DNA of 64,000 nucleotides, taken from NCBI GenBank assembly GCA_037447605.1, contig CM074810.1:1026880-1090879 (forward strand), written 5' to 3'. Both the position numbers and the translations under genes were made by a program. Below, piece after piece: positions 12,664-24,372 of this stretch (positions within the stretch are counted from its first letter, which is position 1; every line of letters starts with the position of its first letter). The notes beneath the pieces were generated by a model that saw only the letters and a program-made list of their open reading frames with translations, had not been told where the DNA came from and ran no database searches. The stretch comes from Zygnema circumcarinatum SAG 698-1b (taxonomy: Eukaryota; Plantae; Zygnematophyceae).

Positions 12664-14112
12664 ATGGCTGTTGTGGAAGTCCTCCGGCGCTTCATTTTCA
12701 CTTCGGCCGCCATGTGGATGGCTCCTCTCGTCGTCTTGTGGGCTTTTCAGTCGGACCTCATCCCCTGTAAGACTTCAGCTCCATTGCGGTTTATTGCGGA
12801 TGTTTAGAATTTTCTAAGGATTTCTGCATCCACGCTCAGCGACACAACTGCATGAAAAGCACTCCCGATAGCCTTGAAATCCTGAAGAGTGCAGCGTTCT
12901 GGTGCTGCTCTATAACAGGAGGACTTGCGAGTTTACGAAATCCTCCATTAAAGGATTGTTATCAAGGCCACCTGGCTGTATTCGTTAAGGGTTTAGCAGC
13001 GCAAGGTCTCCTTTTGCCGTATATCTGAATGATCCTGATGCCTTTTTCAATTTTAGAAAATTGTTTTCGCTTCCTTTATACCGATTTGTAATCTAGCATG
13101 TGTCATTGAACGGATGCATTTAGCCATTGAAAGCGGCGTGAGCTGGAAATTACGCATGGATATTCCCAACCCCCGGTCCAAGCTCACAAACGCTCTTTTG
13201 CTGCAGAACGTCAGAATCAACCCAGATCAAGTCAGCCACTTGATCCTTAAACCAAAGATTTAACTTAGGAATTCACCATCTGTTGCATTCGTGGATGAAT
13301 GTTGATTCGTCCATCACATTCGATTGATGTGTCCATTGATGGAATGGTTGAATCCACCCACGAGGTTTCAATCGCTCTGTTGATGTGTTCCGTAAATATG
13401 CTGCATTTGGAATTAGATTCCATTGAATCGATTGGTGGATCTTGGTTCCAGTGATTTGCACTTCATATTCAGTCGATCAGTAACAATGCGACTTGAAACT
13501 CAAGCTGCAGTTTTGTCTGCACATTCGCCCATAGATGCGTACTCTGTGAATGTTGAGACCGAGGCCTTGACACAATAAGGCTTTTGGCAGCACGTCTGGG
13601 TCTGTCAACACTCATGTTTAGCAGCAGAAGAAACGACAACGTAAATTAAAGTGGAGAGTGGGAGAAAAAGAAAAGTGGAGTCTTAAGACAGCTCAGAACT
13701 TCTAATGATCCGTGCTGAACCTAACAAACGCGTTGGTGTCAGTCTCTGAGGTTTGAAGGGTCACGCATGCAGGATCATGCTGTTCCCGCTGTCACCAAAA
13801 CGAAAGACTGACCATTTGCACCTCTCAGGAGATGTTTGTTGATATGCTGCTACTGATGATTTTTCGGCTATGGATGATTCAGCTGTGACGAAACTATCAC
13901 CACAGGCAAGCACGCTGCTGAGTGGAGTGCTGGCAGTGATCTCAGTCAATGTCGTCATTGCTCTCTATATTTGGATGGCGCTAAGGGATCCTCCCTCCGC
14001 CGAGCAGCCAAGCCCCGACCCAGCTTTTGCCGCTGCAGCACGAGCAAGCATAGCCGCAACTGCCACCGAAAGAGAGGATGAACAGGATACTGTTTCAAAG
14101 AAGGACGATTAA
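12664..14112 (+). CDS. VMA21: V-ATPase assembly factor VMA21-like, 2 exons
   Basis: MAVVEVLRRFIFTSAAMWMAPLVVLWAFQSDLIP / ...LSPQASTLLSGVLAVISVNVVIALYIWMALRDP...KKDD*. Has two TM helices, the AV.SVN motif and a C-terminal KKxx ER-retrieval signal. Confidence 0.9.
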
Positions 14113-14984
14113 GTGGAAGTACAAACGTGCACGGAGCCCTTTGGGTTTGTTGGCAGGATAGAACGGATGGAGGAACTACTGCCGTGACGTGGTGCAGCGG
14201 CGATTGCGTGGAAGTGCTACCGCTGTTTCATGAGAAAGTAATTCATTGCACACCTCCGCCTGCACCTGCAGAGCTGCTTCGTGTTCTTTGAGGCAGTGCT
14301 CGTTCGCAGCAGCATCTCTTCTCCGACTAAGCATGAATGGAGATTAGAAGGGCTTTACTTTGCCTGCAGCTGGAGGATAGCCTCAAGCAGAGTCAAGTTT
14401 TTTCTGAGGAGCTGGAACAGGATGAGAGCGACAAGGGGCTGAGCAGTTTGAAGAGAAATTACTTTCTTGTTAGTCACATAGCACAAGGAAGAGAGTCCCG
14501 TGGTTGTACGATGAAGAGTAGCTCAATTCCGAGGCCGTCTATTCACAGTGAGCAGAGCAGAAGAGGTCATCCGTGTCTTTTTTTTTAAAGCTGAAGAATG
14601 ACCCTCTGCTAAAGGATGGAGTGATTCAGAGTTTGCTGCTTGAGATGCAGACTATTAACCCTATTAGGAGCTGCCCACTTGGAGGCACTTTTGAGAAGGT
14701 CTTCACCAAATTCCACCTGGGAACTTGTACCAGTTTCCATCTGCGAATGACCCACTGCAGTGACCTTGTTCATGTCTCGCCTTTAGAGCATTGCCTTCTC
14801 GCTATTATCAAAGATAAGAATGTGTTTTAGTGGACCCTCCTTACAACTTATGGGGCTGTTGGGGAATGCGGAATGCCACACCTTCACTGCAGCTCTTTTT
14901 ATAATTACTGCTCATTTGAATTTCACGATATATCGCGATACGAAATCATCAGACTATTTCGATTGCATACATGGCATATACAGC

Positions 14985-15090
14985 GGGCAACATCCCATGA
15001 TTGGTTGCCAACCATTGAAGCCAATGGTTGGCTGGGTCGTCAGCCAAACCAATGGTTGCTTGCTTGCCAACCATTGGATTCAATGGTGAA
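14985..15090. repeat. CAACCATTG palindromic repeat family copy
   Basis: TTGGTTGCCAACCATTGAAGCCAATGGTTGG...GCCAACCATTGGATTCAATGG. Confidence 0.8.
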
Positions 15091-15343
15091 ATGCACAGAG
15101 TGGCTTGTCAATCTTGAAAAAAGAGAAAAAGAAAGAAAGAAAAAAAAAACCCTTGAAAAAACCTTCTTCCTAAAAAACCTTACATTCTGCGAAGGGAGTG
15201 AGTTCTTGGAGAGAATATCATATCATATAACATAGGAGCTCTCTCCTCTCAGCACTCTCTGAAGCTGCAGCAGCCCTGAGCACTGCGCACAGTGCTGGTG
15301 CAGCCAGCCATTTGCAGTGGCTGCTGTGACGCCCTCCCCACGC

Positions 15344-17428
15344 ATGCAGGGGGTGCGCGCTGGCCTGCTGCTCTTCCTCGCCCTCGTCACGCCTGCGACC
15401 GGCTCCGTGCCCCGCAGGCAGGCTTCCTGCTCCTCTCGCTCGCCTGCATTTGGCCTGCAATTGCAGTCAAACGGCTCTGCTGAAAGCCATCTCCTTCTCG
15501 AAACGTCGAAGGAGCTGCTTAATCTAGTAGCTTCTCCTCTCTCGGAAGGTGGCGGCGTCCTTTGGACAGAGTAGACGTTGGAGTGTTTCAGGAGAGCAAT
15601 GGCAGCATACTTAGGGTTGCTCCGCCCTGGTAGTGGTGGAGGGCAGGGCCGATGTGAGGCGCTTGGAAGCAGGCGTGACGCTCTCCCAGCAGACGCTCCA
15701 CCTCAATGGCGGGTCCTGCGTGTATGAGCTCCATGGCCTACGCGCATTCAGCTCCTATGAGATCAAAATCTCCTATCCCGCTACTGTGAGGACTTTCAAT
15801 CCCTTGTATACCCTTGAAGATCGCTTTTCTAAGCATAATGGATAGGCGTAGGACAACCAATTGAAGCATTGGCTGGAAAAGAAACTGAGCGGGAGTTTTG
15901 AATGAACTTCCGGCCAAGTGCATCTTGTATGTATGCTGAAAAAATCGAACTTATTCACTTGTTGCAGCTTCTGACGCACAATAAATTGCATTTTACTACA
16001 GCCGTCTGTTGCGAAAAGAAAAAGAGCTCATCACTCGGAAAGTGAATTGGTCAAGTATCTAATGAACATCCTGGAAACAAACCCGTTGTTTGTTTGTTTC
16101 TCCAATTTTTAAATTCTTATTAGTGAACTTCACAGAGACAATAAGATGCACACAGACTTGTGGACTCGCGCCAAAGTAACTACGTATTAGGACACTTGTC
16201 CAAGTATAATGAATCACGTCGCCGTTTGTTGTTTCAAAAAAGCACCTAAATCCTCAGAATTGCAGAAACATTGTACCCATCTCAACTCCTCAATTATCTT
16301 CCATTGAAGGTGACATCCTGTTTGCCTATCGCCAACAGGACCCTAGTCGCCTGCTTGTGACCCATGGTGGCATTGCTGGGAAAATGCGACCTGCAGAGTT
16401 TTGCAGAGTTTAAACTGGAACTCGAGGAAGTTGGCAGCATTCAATCCCGCCGGCTGCAGTCTATGCGCAAGATTTTGGACATTGAAAAGATAGTCTATGT
16501 GGCTGATGACCGACTACGCGTACCGGTAAGGTTTAAGCCCTTCATACAGACCTTGCAGTAGTCGCTTTTAACGCCAAGGCATTGGCAGCTTGCTAATTGC
16601 ATGGGGCCTCTTCCTTGACCTCATTCCCTTCTACTTCTCTACTCGTTTCTCTTCCTCCACTGTAGCAACAGTCTTGTTGAGCACTGCAATAGCAGCACAG
16701 AGTAAGGAATGGATGGTTTTCATGTTGACCCCATCATATTGCCATGCTATTTCTATGTCCCTTGAATGGTGCAGGGGGATCACTGGGTAAACGTTGTTGT
16801 GACGGTGCATAGTACCAATGTACCACCAAAGTGGGGTGTAAAACTCCCACGGGATGGGCAAGTCGTATTCAACATTGGTATACCCCAGATTGGGCTTCCT
16901 TTGTTTATTACTGTTGCTTCCTTTGGATGACTTTCCAGCAAGTATCTGCAATACGTGTTTCGTTTGAGGTGATTCAGTTGCTGTAGTAGAAGGGTTTTAT
17001 TTGGCAGGTCCTTCCGTTGTCAAATTTCATTTCTCCCCTGTCTTATTCCTAAAAAAATTATTCGTCTTTGTACTTTCTTTCAGCCTACGTCACTCAAATC
17101 TTATATGCAGGTCGCGCTCTACCATATTTCATATGCTTTGCTCCCCTTGATCCACTTCTCCCCCCATCTCTCTGCACTCGTGCTCTCCTCTCTTCTCCTC
17201 CCCCCTTTAATGTGCAAGCATGGGATCCACTTCCTACTTCCTAACTCGATGCTCTCCTCCTTGGTATCTGCAGTGTGTGAGGAGCTCCGCTGGGGACTGC
17301 CTCTCCGAGCTTGGCGAGTTGCCGCCATAGCTGCTGGCAGCCTGGCTGTTCTCATTCTCATTCTCTGCACTTTGCCAACATTTCCCATCTTGGAAGGGGA
17401 GCCCCCTGTGCGGAGCAAACTATTTTAG
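15344..17428 (+). CDS. Conserved plant single-pass membrane protein of unknown function (signal peptide plus C-terminal TM), ~5 exons
   Basis: Signal-like MQGVRAGLLLFLALV. Then QTLHLNGGSCVYELHGLRAFSSYEIKISYPAT / ...MRKILDIEKIVY / ...QVVFNI / VCEELRWGLPLRAWRVAAIAAGSLAVLILIL...SKLF*. This resembles the plant family motif YEVKISYPA...R.LL..EK...NIVCE (recalled). First splice junction is uncertain. Confidence 0.78.
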
Positions 17429-18037
17429 AGTTTGGACAGCCCCGAGCATGTAGTCAGTCCTTCAGATGGAAACCACAGCATGGTTCATGGGTGCAATTGG
17501 TTCTGTTAGTTCCCTGCCTTTATTTCTCCATGTCGAGTATGACATGCCGTCCAGATGAATTGTTGTATTGTGTTCAAAACAACAAACGTCACACGATCTG
17601 TTGTGAACGAACTCAGCGAATGGGTGCGGCATGGGGCTGGCAAATCGAAGTCTGCAACAGCAGTCATCCAATGCAGGGCGGTCAACGCGATGCATGGGAT
17701 CCATGCGCCTTGAACACAGCTCCGATGTCTGCCGGCTGCATGCATGCATGAATGGATGAATGGATGGATGGATGGATGGATGGATGTTGCGGAGGATGCA
17801 GTTATGGTAGTCGTGGCAAAAGCTTCTCCCATTCTCTGCTTTCCTCCGCATATAAACGAACAAGGCCGTTGGGCCAACAGCGCCGAAGGGCCTTTCTTTC
17901 TCCCCTGCTGAACATTTGAAGCGCCTTGAAGGTGGTTGGATCGATGACTCGGGACCAAAATCTGTAGTTTTTATGGTTTTAGTTAGTCTATTCTTGCGAA
18001 TTGTGGCTGCAGGTCACTTGCTGTGCTCACTCGCTTT

Positions 18038-18152
18038 TTTCTTTTGTCTTTAGGTCCTTTGCGACCAGTTCCTCGTGGTTCCCCGTGTTGCTTTTGTCCA
18101 TGTACATTGATGGCAGCATCGCCCACGTGAGATCAATGCCACATCTCCCTTT
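18038..18152. repeat. Short dispersed repeat, copy 2 (see 7651-7755)
   Basis: Colinear similarity with 7651-7755. Confidence 0.85.
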
Positions 18153-18569
18153 CTTCGTCTTTTATCGCATATCGTCTGATCCATCAACCCTAGAAACGCT
18201 CATGGCTAAATGTTACCGTAATGGTTTTAAAGGTTTCTAGGGATTTCAGGGAATGAAGGAATTGTTCCCTATTGAATGTGTGACGGCTATGCAGCGCCGT
18301 GTTACATGACGGAGCTTTCTCATATTCTCCATGCCGCGCCATGCCATGCCCCTGCAGTGCCATGCCTACATGCAGAGTTCCATGCCCTCATTTTTCGATT
18401 TCGCAGTTTCACAGTAACTATCGCACCCACAGGGACATGGCCATACTCTCTCCCTGGCCCTCTACCTCCCTCCCTGGCCATGGCGGCCAAGACAAGCGCA
18501 ACGGAGTCTCTTTCCCTGCGAGAGAGCTTCCGTTAACTTCTTTTTCCCCTTTATCTCGGCTTCTCGGCC

Positions 18570-19771
18570 ATGGAGGGACAGGCTGCGTCTTCTCCACCAC
18601 CCGGGAGGATCCTTTCTCTGAATGAGGAGCAGCGCACGGCCGCCATAGCCGCAGGCGTGGAGTCTCTTGTAGGGCCCGCTGTGCGGGACTGCAATGCGCA
18701 CGTGGAAGCCGCTCTGCTCAGCCAGGAGCGCCTGGCTGCAGAGCTGTCTCGGCTCACGGAAGGTGAGGGGAAAGATGGCTATCTGTTGGTTTAGGAAGGC
18801 GGAAAGGTGAACCCTTGTAAGGCTGAGGAGTGTGCATCTGACATGTATTTGCGGGGAGAGCCTTGCACGAGGAAATATAAGCGGCATCGTAGTATTTAGA
18901 CGATGAGCGAGAGGTGCAGGCACAATTCACGGGAGAGTTGACACGGTATAGAGCGATGACAAGAGTGTGGAAGCACCAAGGTCACTTAGGGATTGAGGAA
19001 TGTAAGGGCTGCAGGACAGGGTAGGGGAATAAAAAATGCCGAGACGAAGGCAGGCGCGTTAATGAGATACCAAGGTTTTTCAGAAACAAGGAGCGAGGGA
19101 GGTATTCGCAAAGTTCACGCGTTATGTGGAGAGATAGTCTGGAGATGTATGCTTTTTATAGTATGAGACTGCAGAAGATGCAGATACCCTTCTGAACGGA
19201 AAACGGCTTTACTTGCTGAATTCACAGATTGGCAGGCAGACAAGCAGTTAGTATAGTACGAGGCTGTCACCGACAGAGACTTTGTAATCATTTACTGTTG
19301 AGAGAAGTGCTTGACTGTTTCTCCCAAGGCATGCTGCAGAGTTGGACTCGATGCTAGAACATGCCCCCACGCTTTCGCCTGTCAGTGTGCGCCAAGCAGC
19401 ACTGGTGGGTCCGCTTCACAAGCGAGTCGTTGCAGTCTCCACTAGCCTGAAAACCATTCAGGTAAAAGCACAGTCACTTGGCCTGTTGGTGCTTGCCGAA
19501 GGATGCTTGAACTCCCTTGAACTTGAACAAAGAAGCGCCACGAGAGCTTCCTTCTGTTTGTAGCTAATTTGTTTCGCTTTGACGAATAGGCCTTCGAAGG
19601 TATATGTTGAGTAAGCCTTTCGAAGCGGTCGTGGAGAGCGGCAACTGAAGGCGGCCATTGGATGTGCAGGAGCGCATGAACAACATGAATAAAGTTTTGT
19701 CCGATAGAGGTACTGACAAACCTCCTCTATTCTTTGCCTGTCTGTCTCTATTGTCCTTCTGCCATGCCTAA
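18570..19771 (+). CDS. Snapin/pallidin-like BLOC-1 subunit (SNARE-associated coiled-coil); 3' end uncertain (19771 unspliced, or 20110 via a further intron)
   Basis: AIAAGVESLVGPAVRDCNAHVEAALLSQERLAAELSRLT / ELDSMLEHAP...KRVVAVSTSLKTIQ / ERMNNMNKVL (exon from 19670). Matches the recalled plant Snapin pattern SQ..L...LDRL..ELD.LL..AP...RV......L...Q.R..N. Confidence 0.8.
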
Positions 19772-20544
19772 TAACGACGCCCTCTCGTTGCAGTTTTTTA
19801 CATGTCTCCATTCATTGCTCCCCCAATCCCGCTCATGTTGCGGGGTCCTCTTAGTGTATGGCTGCCTGACACGGGGCTGTCATTCTCCTCCTCTCCAGAG
19901 GCCTTGTTATCAAAACCTGCGGCCCCCGTCTCTCTGTCAAGCTCGGCATTTTCTGCACTTGTGCAAAGCTCCTCGCGTGTTCCAAGGAGCCGGCCAGGCT
20001 CCGGGTCAGAGGGATCTTTTCCTCCTTTGACGCCAGAACGAGTGGCAGCCATGGTGCATGCGCTCAGGCAGAAGGAAGAAGACGGGGGGAAGGTGACGGA
20101 GGTGCCCTGAAAGCTGCTGTCAGAAGGGAGTAGAGAGGGTTCCTGTTCATAGTGTATAGAAACAAAACTCGTGTATTTTTCTCAGGGTGTGTTTCTCTTT
20201 TGAATGCAGTATTGATAGTTTTGTTCCTACGCTGTCCTTTCTGTAATATTGGAGTAGACGGAATTTTACTGGACAAACTATTAATATGAATAAAGCCAAG
20301 TTCTGTCATGAGATCAAGAAATTTCTGGTTACCAGATTACATTAAAGCAGCAGGCATACTGAGTGTTAGCCGGAGGCGTATTCCGCTCAAATGGCTTGTT
20401 CAGGTCGACGAAAATTCGAAGGCTTAGCATTGCCCAGCAAAAAACCCACGACTTCGTCGCTGAATGTAATAATATGCAGGTTGTGCTGTGAACAAAACAT
20501 CACTTCGAATGCATTCACTCCACATTGGAATAGGACTACGAGGA

Positions 20545-20650
20545 GTGTTTGCCAATGGTCGACTGGGCCGGCAAGCAATGGTTCGAAGCATTGTTCGGCG
20601 ATGGTTGGCAACCCATTGAATCCAATGGTTCCCGACCATTCAAAGTTGGT
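20545..20650. repeat. CAACCATTG palindromic repeat family copy (reverse orientation to 14985)
   Basis: CCATTGAATCCAATGGTT is the exact reverse complement of AACCATTGGATTCAATGG at ~15070-15087. Confidence 0.8.
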
Positions 20651-21729
20651 CGAATCGCCCGACTTGTGCAGAGCTGCGCCATGTCTCAAACCAAGCCTGA
20701 CTCAAACCAAGAGCGCTACTCATCATCTGCTTCGCCTTCTCTGCGAGCCCGCAGTTGATAAGCCACAATCACACTTACATAACAGCATAACATCTATGCA
20801 TCATCAATCACCACATGCAAATTAAGCCAGAGTCGCAGAAATTTTATATTGAAAAAATGACGAGATATTTACATCCAGAAAATTTGAGAAAACAAAGGGA
20901 AAAAACCAGAAACTGAACCTATCAGAGCTTCATCGCTCCTGCCTGACCTTGACAAGACAGCCTCAGGGACTTGTCAAGAGCAAGGAAGGATCACGAGCAG
21001 CTACTTACTTCCAGGTGCTTTCATAAGGCTATTCCTGAGATCAATTCCTCCTATTTCTGAGGCTTCCAAGAACCTCCTTTCTTGAACATGTATGGCGGGC
21101 CTGTATGGCCGCCATACAAAAAATCTGCAAATTGGCGAATTGTGGAAGCTAAGTTGTCAAAAAAACAGACGCGGAGGTCGAGCTATGGCAGACGCCTCCA
21201 GCCCCCGCCGTCAAAAAATAAAATACCTCCACTTCAACGCTTCCGCCACCTTCCGTCCACACTTTCAGCCCGTGGCCTCACGATGCACCGTCAAGAAAGC
21301 GCGCCGGCTTCGCCTCTGATGATCCATCCCTCGGCAATACCATAACGATGAACTGGTTGCATACATTAACAAGAAGAGCTGCTGCATGGCCATGACGGCT
21401 CACACGGCAACCCCGCGCCGCTTAATGGCGGCTGCAGCTTGTCTGCGAGCCGGCCCCTTAGCAAACAGCACTCTCCAGGCGCCTCTCCCCTCTCCGCTCA
21501 CCCGTCCGCAGTCCTCCCCCTTGCCCCCCTCCAGGCCCGCTCTGCGCTCCGCCCGCGCCAGGTAGTGCACCACCTGCTGCGCCTCCCACAGCTTGCCACA
21601 TGTCGCCAGGACACGCGCCCTCGAATTCTCAAAATCCGCAGCGAGCTCAAGCTGGCTCTCCTCCCCGGCCTCCCTCCCCCTCTCCGCCTCCCACCCCCAC
21701 CCCCTCTCCCTCTCCCTCTCCGCAGCCAT
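20630..21729 (-). CDS. Putative small spliced gene of unknown function
   Basis: The ATG context at 21729 gives ELAADFENSRARVLATCGKLWEAQQVVHYL. Candidate downstream exons with AG/GT borders lie at ~21280-21390, ~20990-21050 (GTAAGT donor) and ~20630-20740. No family recognised and frame joining is not fully resolved. Confidence 0.3.
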
Positions 21730-22672
21730 GGCCCCTCTCTCTCCCTCCCTCCCTCGAACGAAGCCCGAGCTCTTAAGCAGGACGGGAGCAGCCCCCTTGG
21801 AGCAGTCTCAATCTCGGCCACTCAGCGCCCGCCATTGGCCCATAACTGGAAAGGCAAAAAAGTTTGCTGGGCCCCATCGACGGCTCAAAACGCCCCTGAG
21901 TCACAAATCGGACGATTGCCGTCTCACCACGTGGTGATCGGCCTACTGCCTTTCAGTGAAAGCGCCACTTGTCGGAAGCTGGAAGTGTGCAGCCCGCCGA
22001 CCGTTTGTGGCACTGTACGAATGGTGGGGTCCACAATACGGGCATATTTTTCGTACAGTGGGCCCACTTGGCCGGTCCTGCAGGCGGATATTCTCCTATG
22101 GTGCCACTTGTCATTCGGCCAATAATATGCGACCACCTGTACCAGGGATTGTGACCGTATGCTATGGCTCACACGTGTCACTCTCTGCATGATTGAAGAT
22201 CAGATTCTGACAGCATGTGTACCACGATTTGATCTCAAAAAGTACACAATAATCGACAAATATCGTACATTTTTGTCGTACCTACTCATACATTTCGTAC
22301 ATTTCCCAACTGTGCACATGTACCCGGGAATTCGGCGACCGGCCACAACCGACAAATTCAAAATCTGGCACGTGATTGGCTGGCGCGGCCGAGCGATGCG
22401 GAGATTTGTCCCTGACAGTACGGACAAAATGCTGTCAACGGCCATCCCTGACCATGGATCTGTCTCGCACTTGCGAATATTGACTTCCCGGGAATTCCTC
22501 CCAGATCTCACCGAATTTTTCCTTGTCGTATTGGGCTATACAGAACGCCGTGGTCGGTGCCAGCCGTACTGATGACACCGAACGCGACAAAAAACAAAAT
22601 GGCGCACCGACATCACCGACATCACCAACGAGCGCCTGTACGGTATCCGCGGTGAGCCACGGTGGACGCTTC

Positions 22673-22850
22673 CCCGCCAGCTCGGAGTGAAGACTTAGCC
22701 AATGGCGGCTCGCCACGTGCGCAGATATGACCACGTGGCGACGGGCCATTGGCGACCTTCCAACTCCTTCGGCGCAGGGCGCGCATTCAGTGATCGCGAC
22801 GGCCGCTGAGGGCGCACTAACGAGAGCTCCTCGTCGCCGCGTCTTCCCCC
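22673..22850. mobile_element. Dispersed GC-rich element (probable non-autonomous TE), copy 1; contains an ERSE dyad (22699-22752); copy 2 at 40982-41165
   Basis: CCCGCCAGCTC.GAGTGAAG.C.T.GCCAAT...CATTGGCGACC.TCCAAC.CC.TTCG...GGCGCGCATT.CAGTGATCGC.ACGGCCGC.GAGGGCGCAC...CCTCGTCGCCGCGTC.TCC is shared between the two loci. Confidence 0.65.
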
Positions 22851-24095
22851 TTCCCTCTCCCTCTCCCTCTCCCTACCCCTCTCCCACTCCCCCTCTGAAT
22901 CTCCCCTCTTGCACTCCCCATCTCCCTCTCTCCTCTCCCCCTCTGTCCCTCCTCCCCCCTCGCACCCCCCCTCTCCCTCTCTCCCTCTCTCCCTCTCCCC
23001 CACTCCCCCTCTGTCTCTCCCCTCCTGTTGCACTTTTATCTCCCTCTCTCCTCTCCCCTTCTGTCCCTCCTCCCCCCTCGCACCCCCCCCTCTCCCTCTC
23101 TCCCTCTCCCCCACTCCCCCTCTGTCTCTCCCTCCTATTGCACTCCCCATCACCCTCTCTCCTCTCCCCCTGTCCCTCCTCCCCCCTCGCACCCCCCCTT
23201 TGCTTCTCTCCCTCTCCCCCACTCCCCCTCTCTCTCCCCTCCACTTGCACTCCCCATCTCCCTCTCTCCTCTTCCCCTCTGTCCCTCCTCCCCCCTCGCA
23301 CCTCCCTCTCTCCTCTCCCCCTCTGTCCCTCCTACCCCCTCGCACCCCCCCTCTCCCTCTATCCCCCACTCCCCTCTGTCCCTCCCCTCCTCTTGCACTC
23401 CCCATCTCCCTCTCTCCTCTCCCCCTCTGTCCCTCTCCCCTCGCACACCCCCTCTCCCTCTCTCCCTCTCCCCCACTCCCCCTGTGTCTCTCCCCTCTTG
23501 CACTCCCCATCTCCCTCTCTCCTCTCCCCCTCTGCCCCTCCTCCCCCCTCGCACCCCCCCTCTCTCCTCTCTCCCACTCTACCCCTGTCTCTCCCTCTTG
23601 CACTCCCCATCTCCCTCTCTCCTCTCCCCCTCTGTCCCTCCTCCCCCCTCGCACCCCCCCTCTCTCTCTCTCTCCTCTCCCCCTCTGTCCCTCCTCCCCC
23701 CTCGCACCCCCCCTCTCCCTCTCTCCCACTCCCCTGTCTCTCCCTCCTCTGCACTCCCCATCTCCTCTCTCCTCTCCCCTCTGTCCCTCCTCCCCCTCGC
23801 ACCCCCCTCTCCCTCTCTCCTCTCCCCCACTCCCCTCTGTCTCTCCCCTCTTGCACTCCCCATTTCCCTCTCTCCTCTCCCCCTCTGTCCCTCCCCCCTC
23901 AGACACCCCCTCTCCCTCTCTCCCTCTCCTCCACTCCCCCCGTGTCTCTTCCCTCTTGCACTCCCCATCTCCCTCTCTCCTCCCCCCCTCTGTCCCTCCT
24001 CCCCCCTCGCACCCCCCCTCTCCCTCTCTCCCTCTCCCCCACTCCCCCTCTGTCTCTCCCCTCTCTTGCACTCTCCCTCTCCCTCTCACCCTCTC
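22850..24095. repeat. CT-rich minisatellite, ~105 bp period, ~11 copies
   Basis: The anchor TGCACTCCCC recurs near 22910, 23030, 23140, 23247, 23394, 23498, 23598, 23750, 23852, 23957 and 24068. Confidence 0.85.
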
Positions 24096-24372
24096 TGACT
24101 GGCTCTACGCAAGCAGCAGATCCACCATTCTTTACAAACCATTCCTCAAGCTCAATCATCCCTCCATATCAACTGCCCATCATCAGAAGTAATTGTTCCG
24201 GGACCGATCCAAATAAAAATGTTCAACTTATAAAAACCCCAAATTCGCCCTCCATTAGATACAACATTTTTTCAGGCACGTTCTACGTCGCGCCTCCGTT
24301 CTACAATATATCCTAAAAACATTTTCTCCGCAGTTTGCAGCCACGTGGCAGTGTTTAACACGACCGTCTTTT

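Noticed and set aside
22695-24316. ORFs of 350-530 aa rich in P/L/S or G/E/R
   Set aside because: They are translations of a CT/GA minisatellite that lacks stop codons in several frames on both strands.
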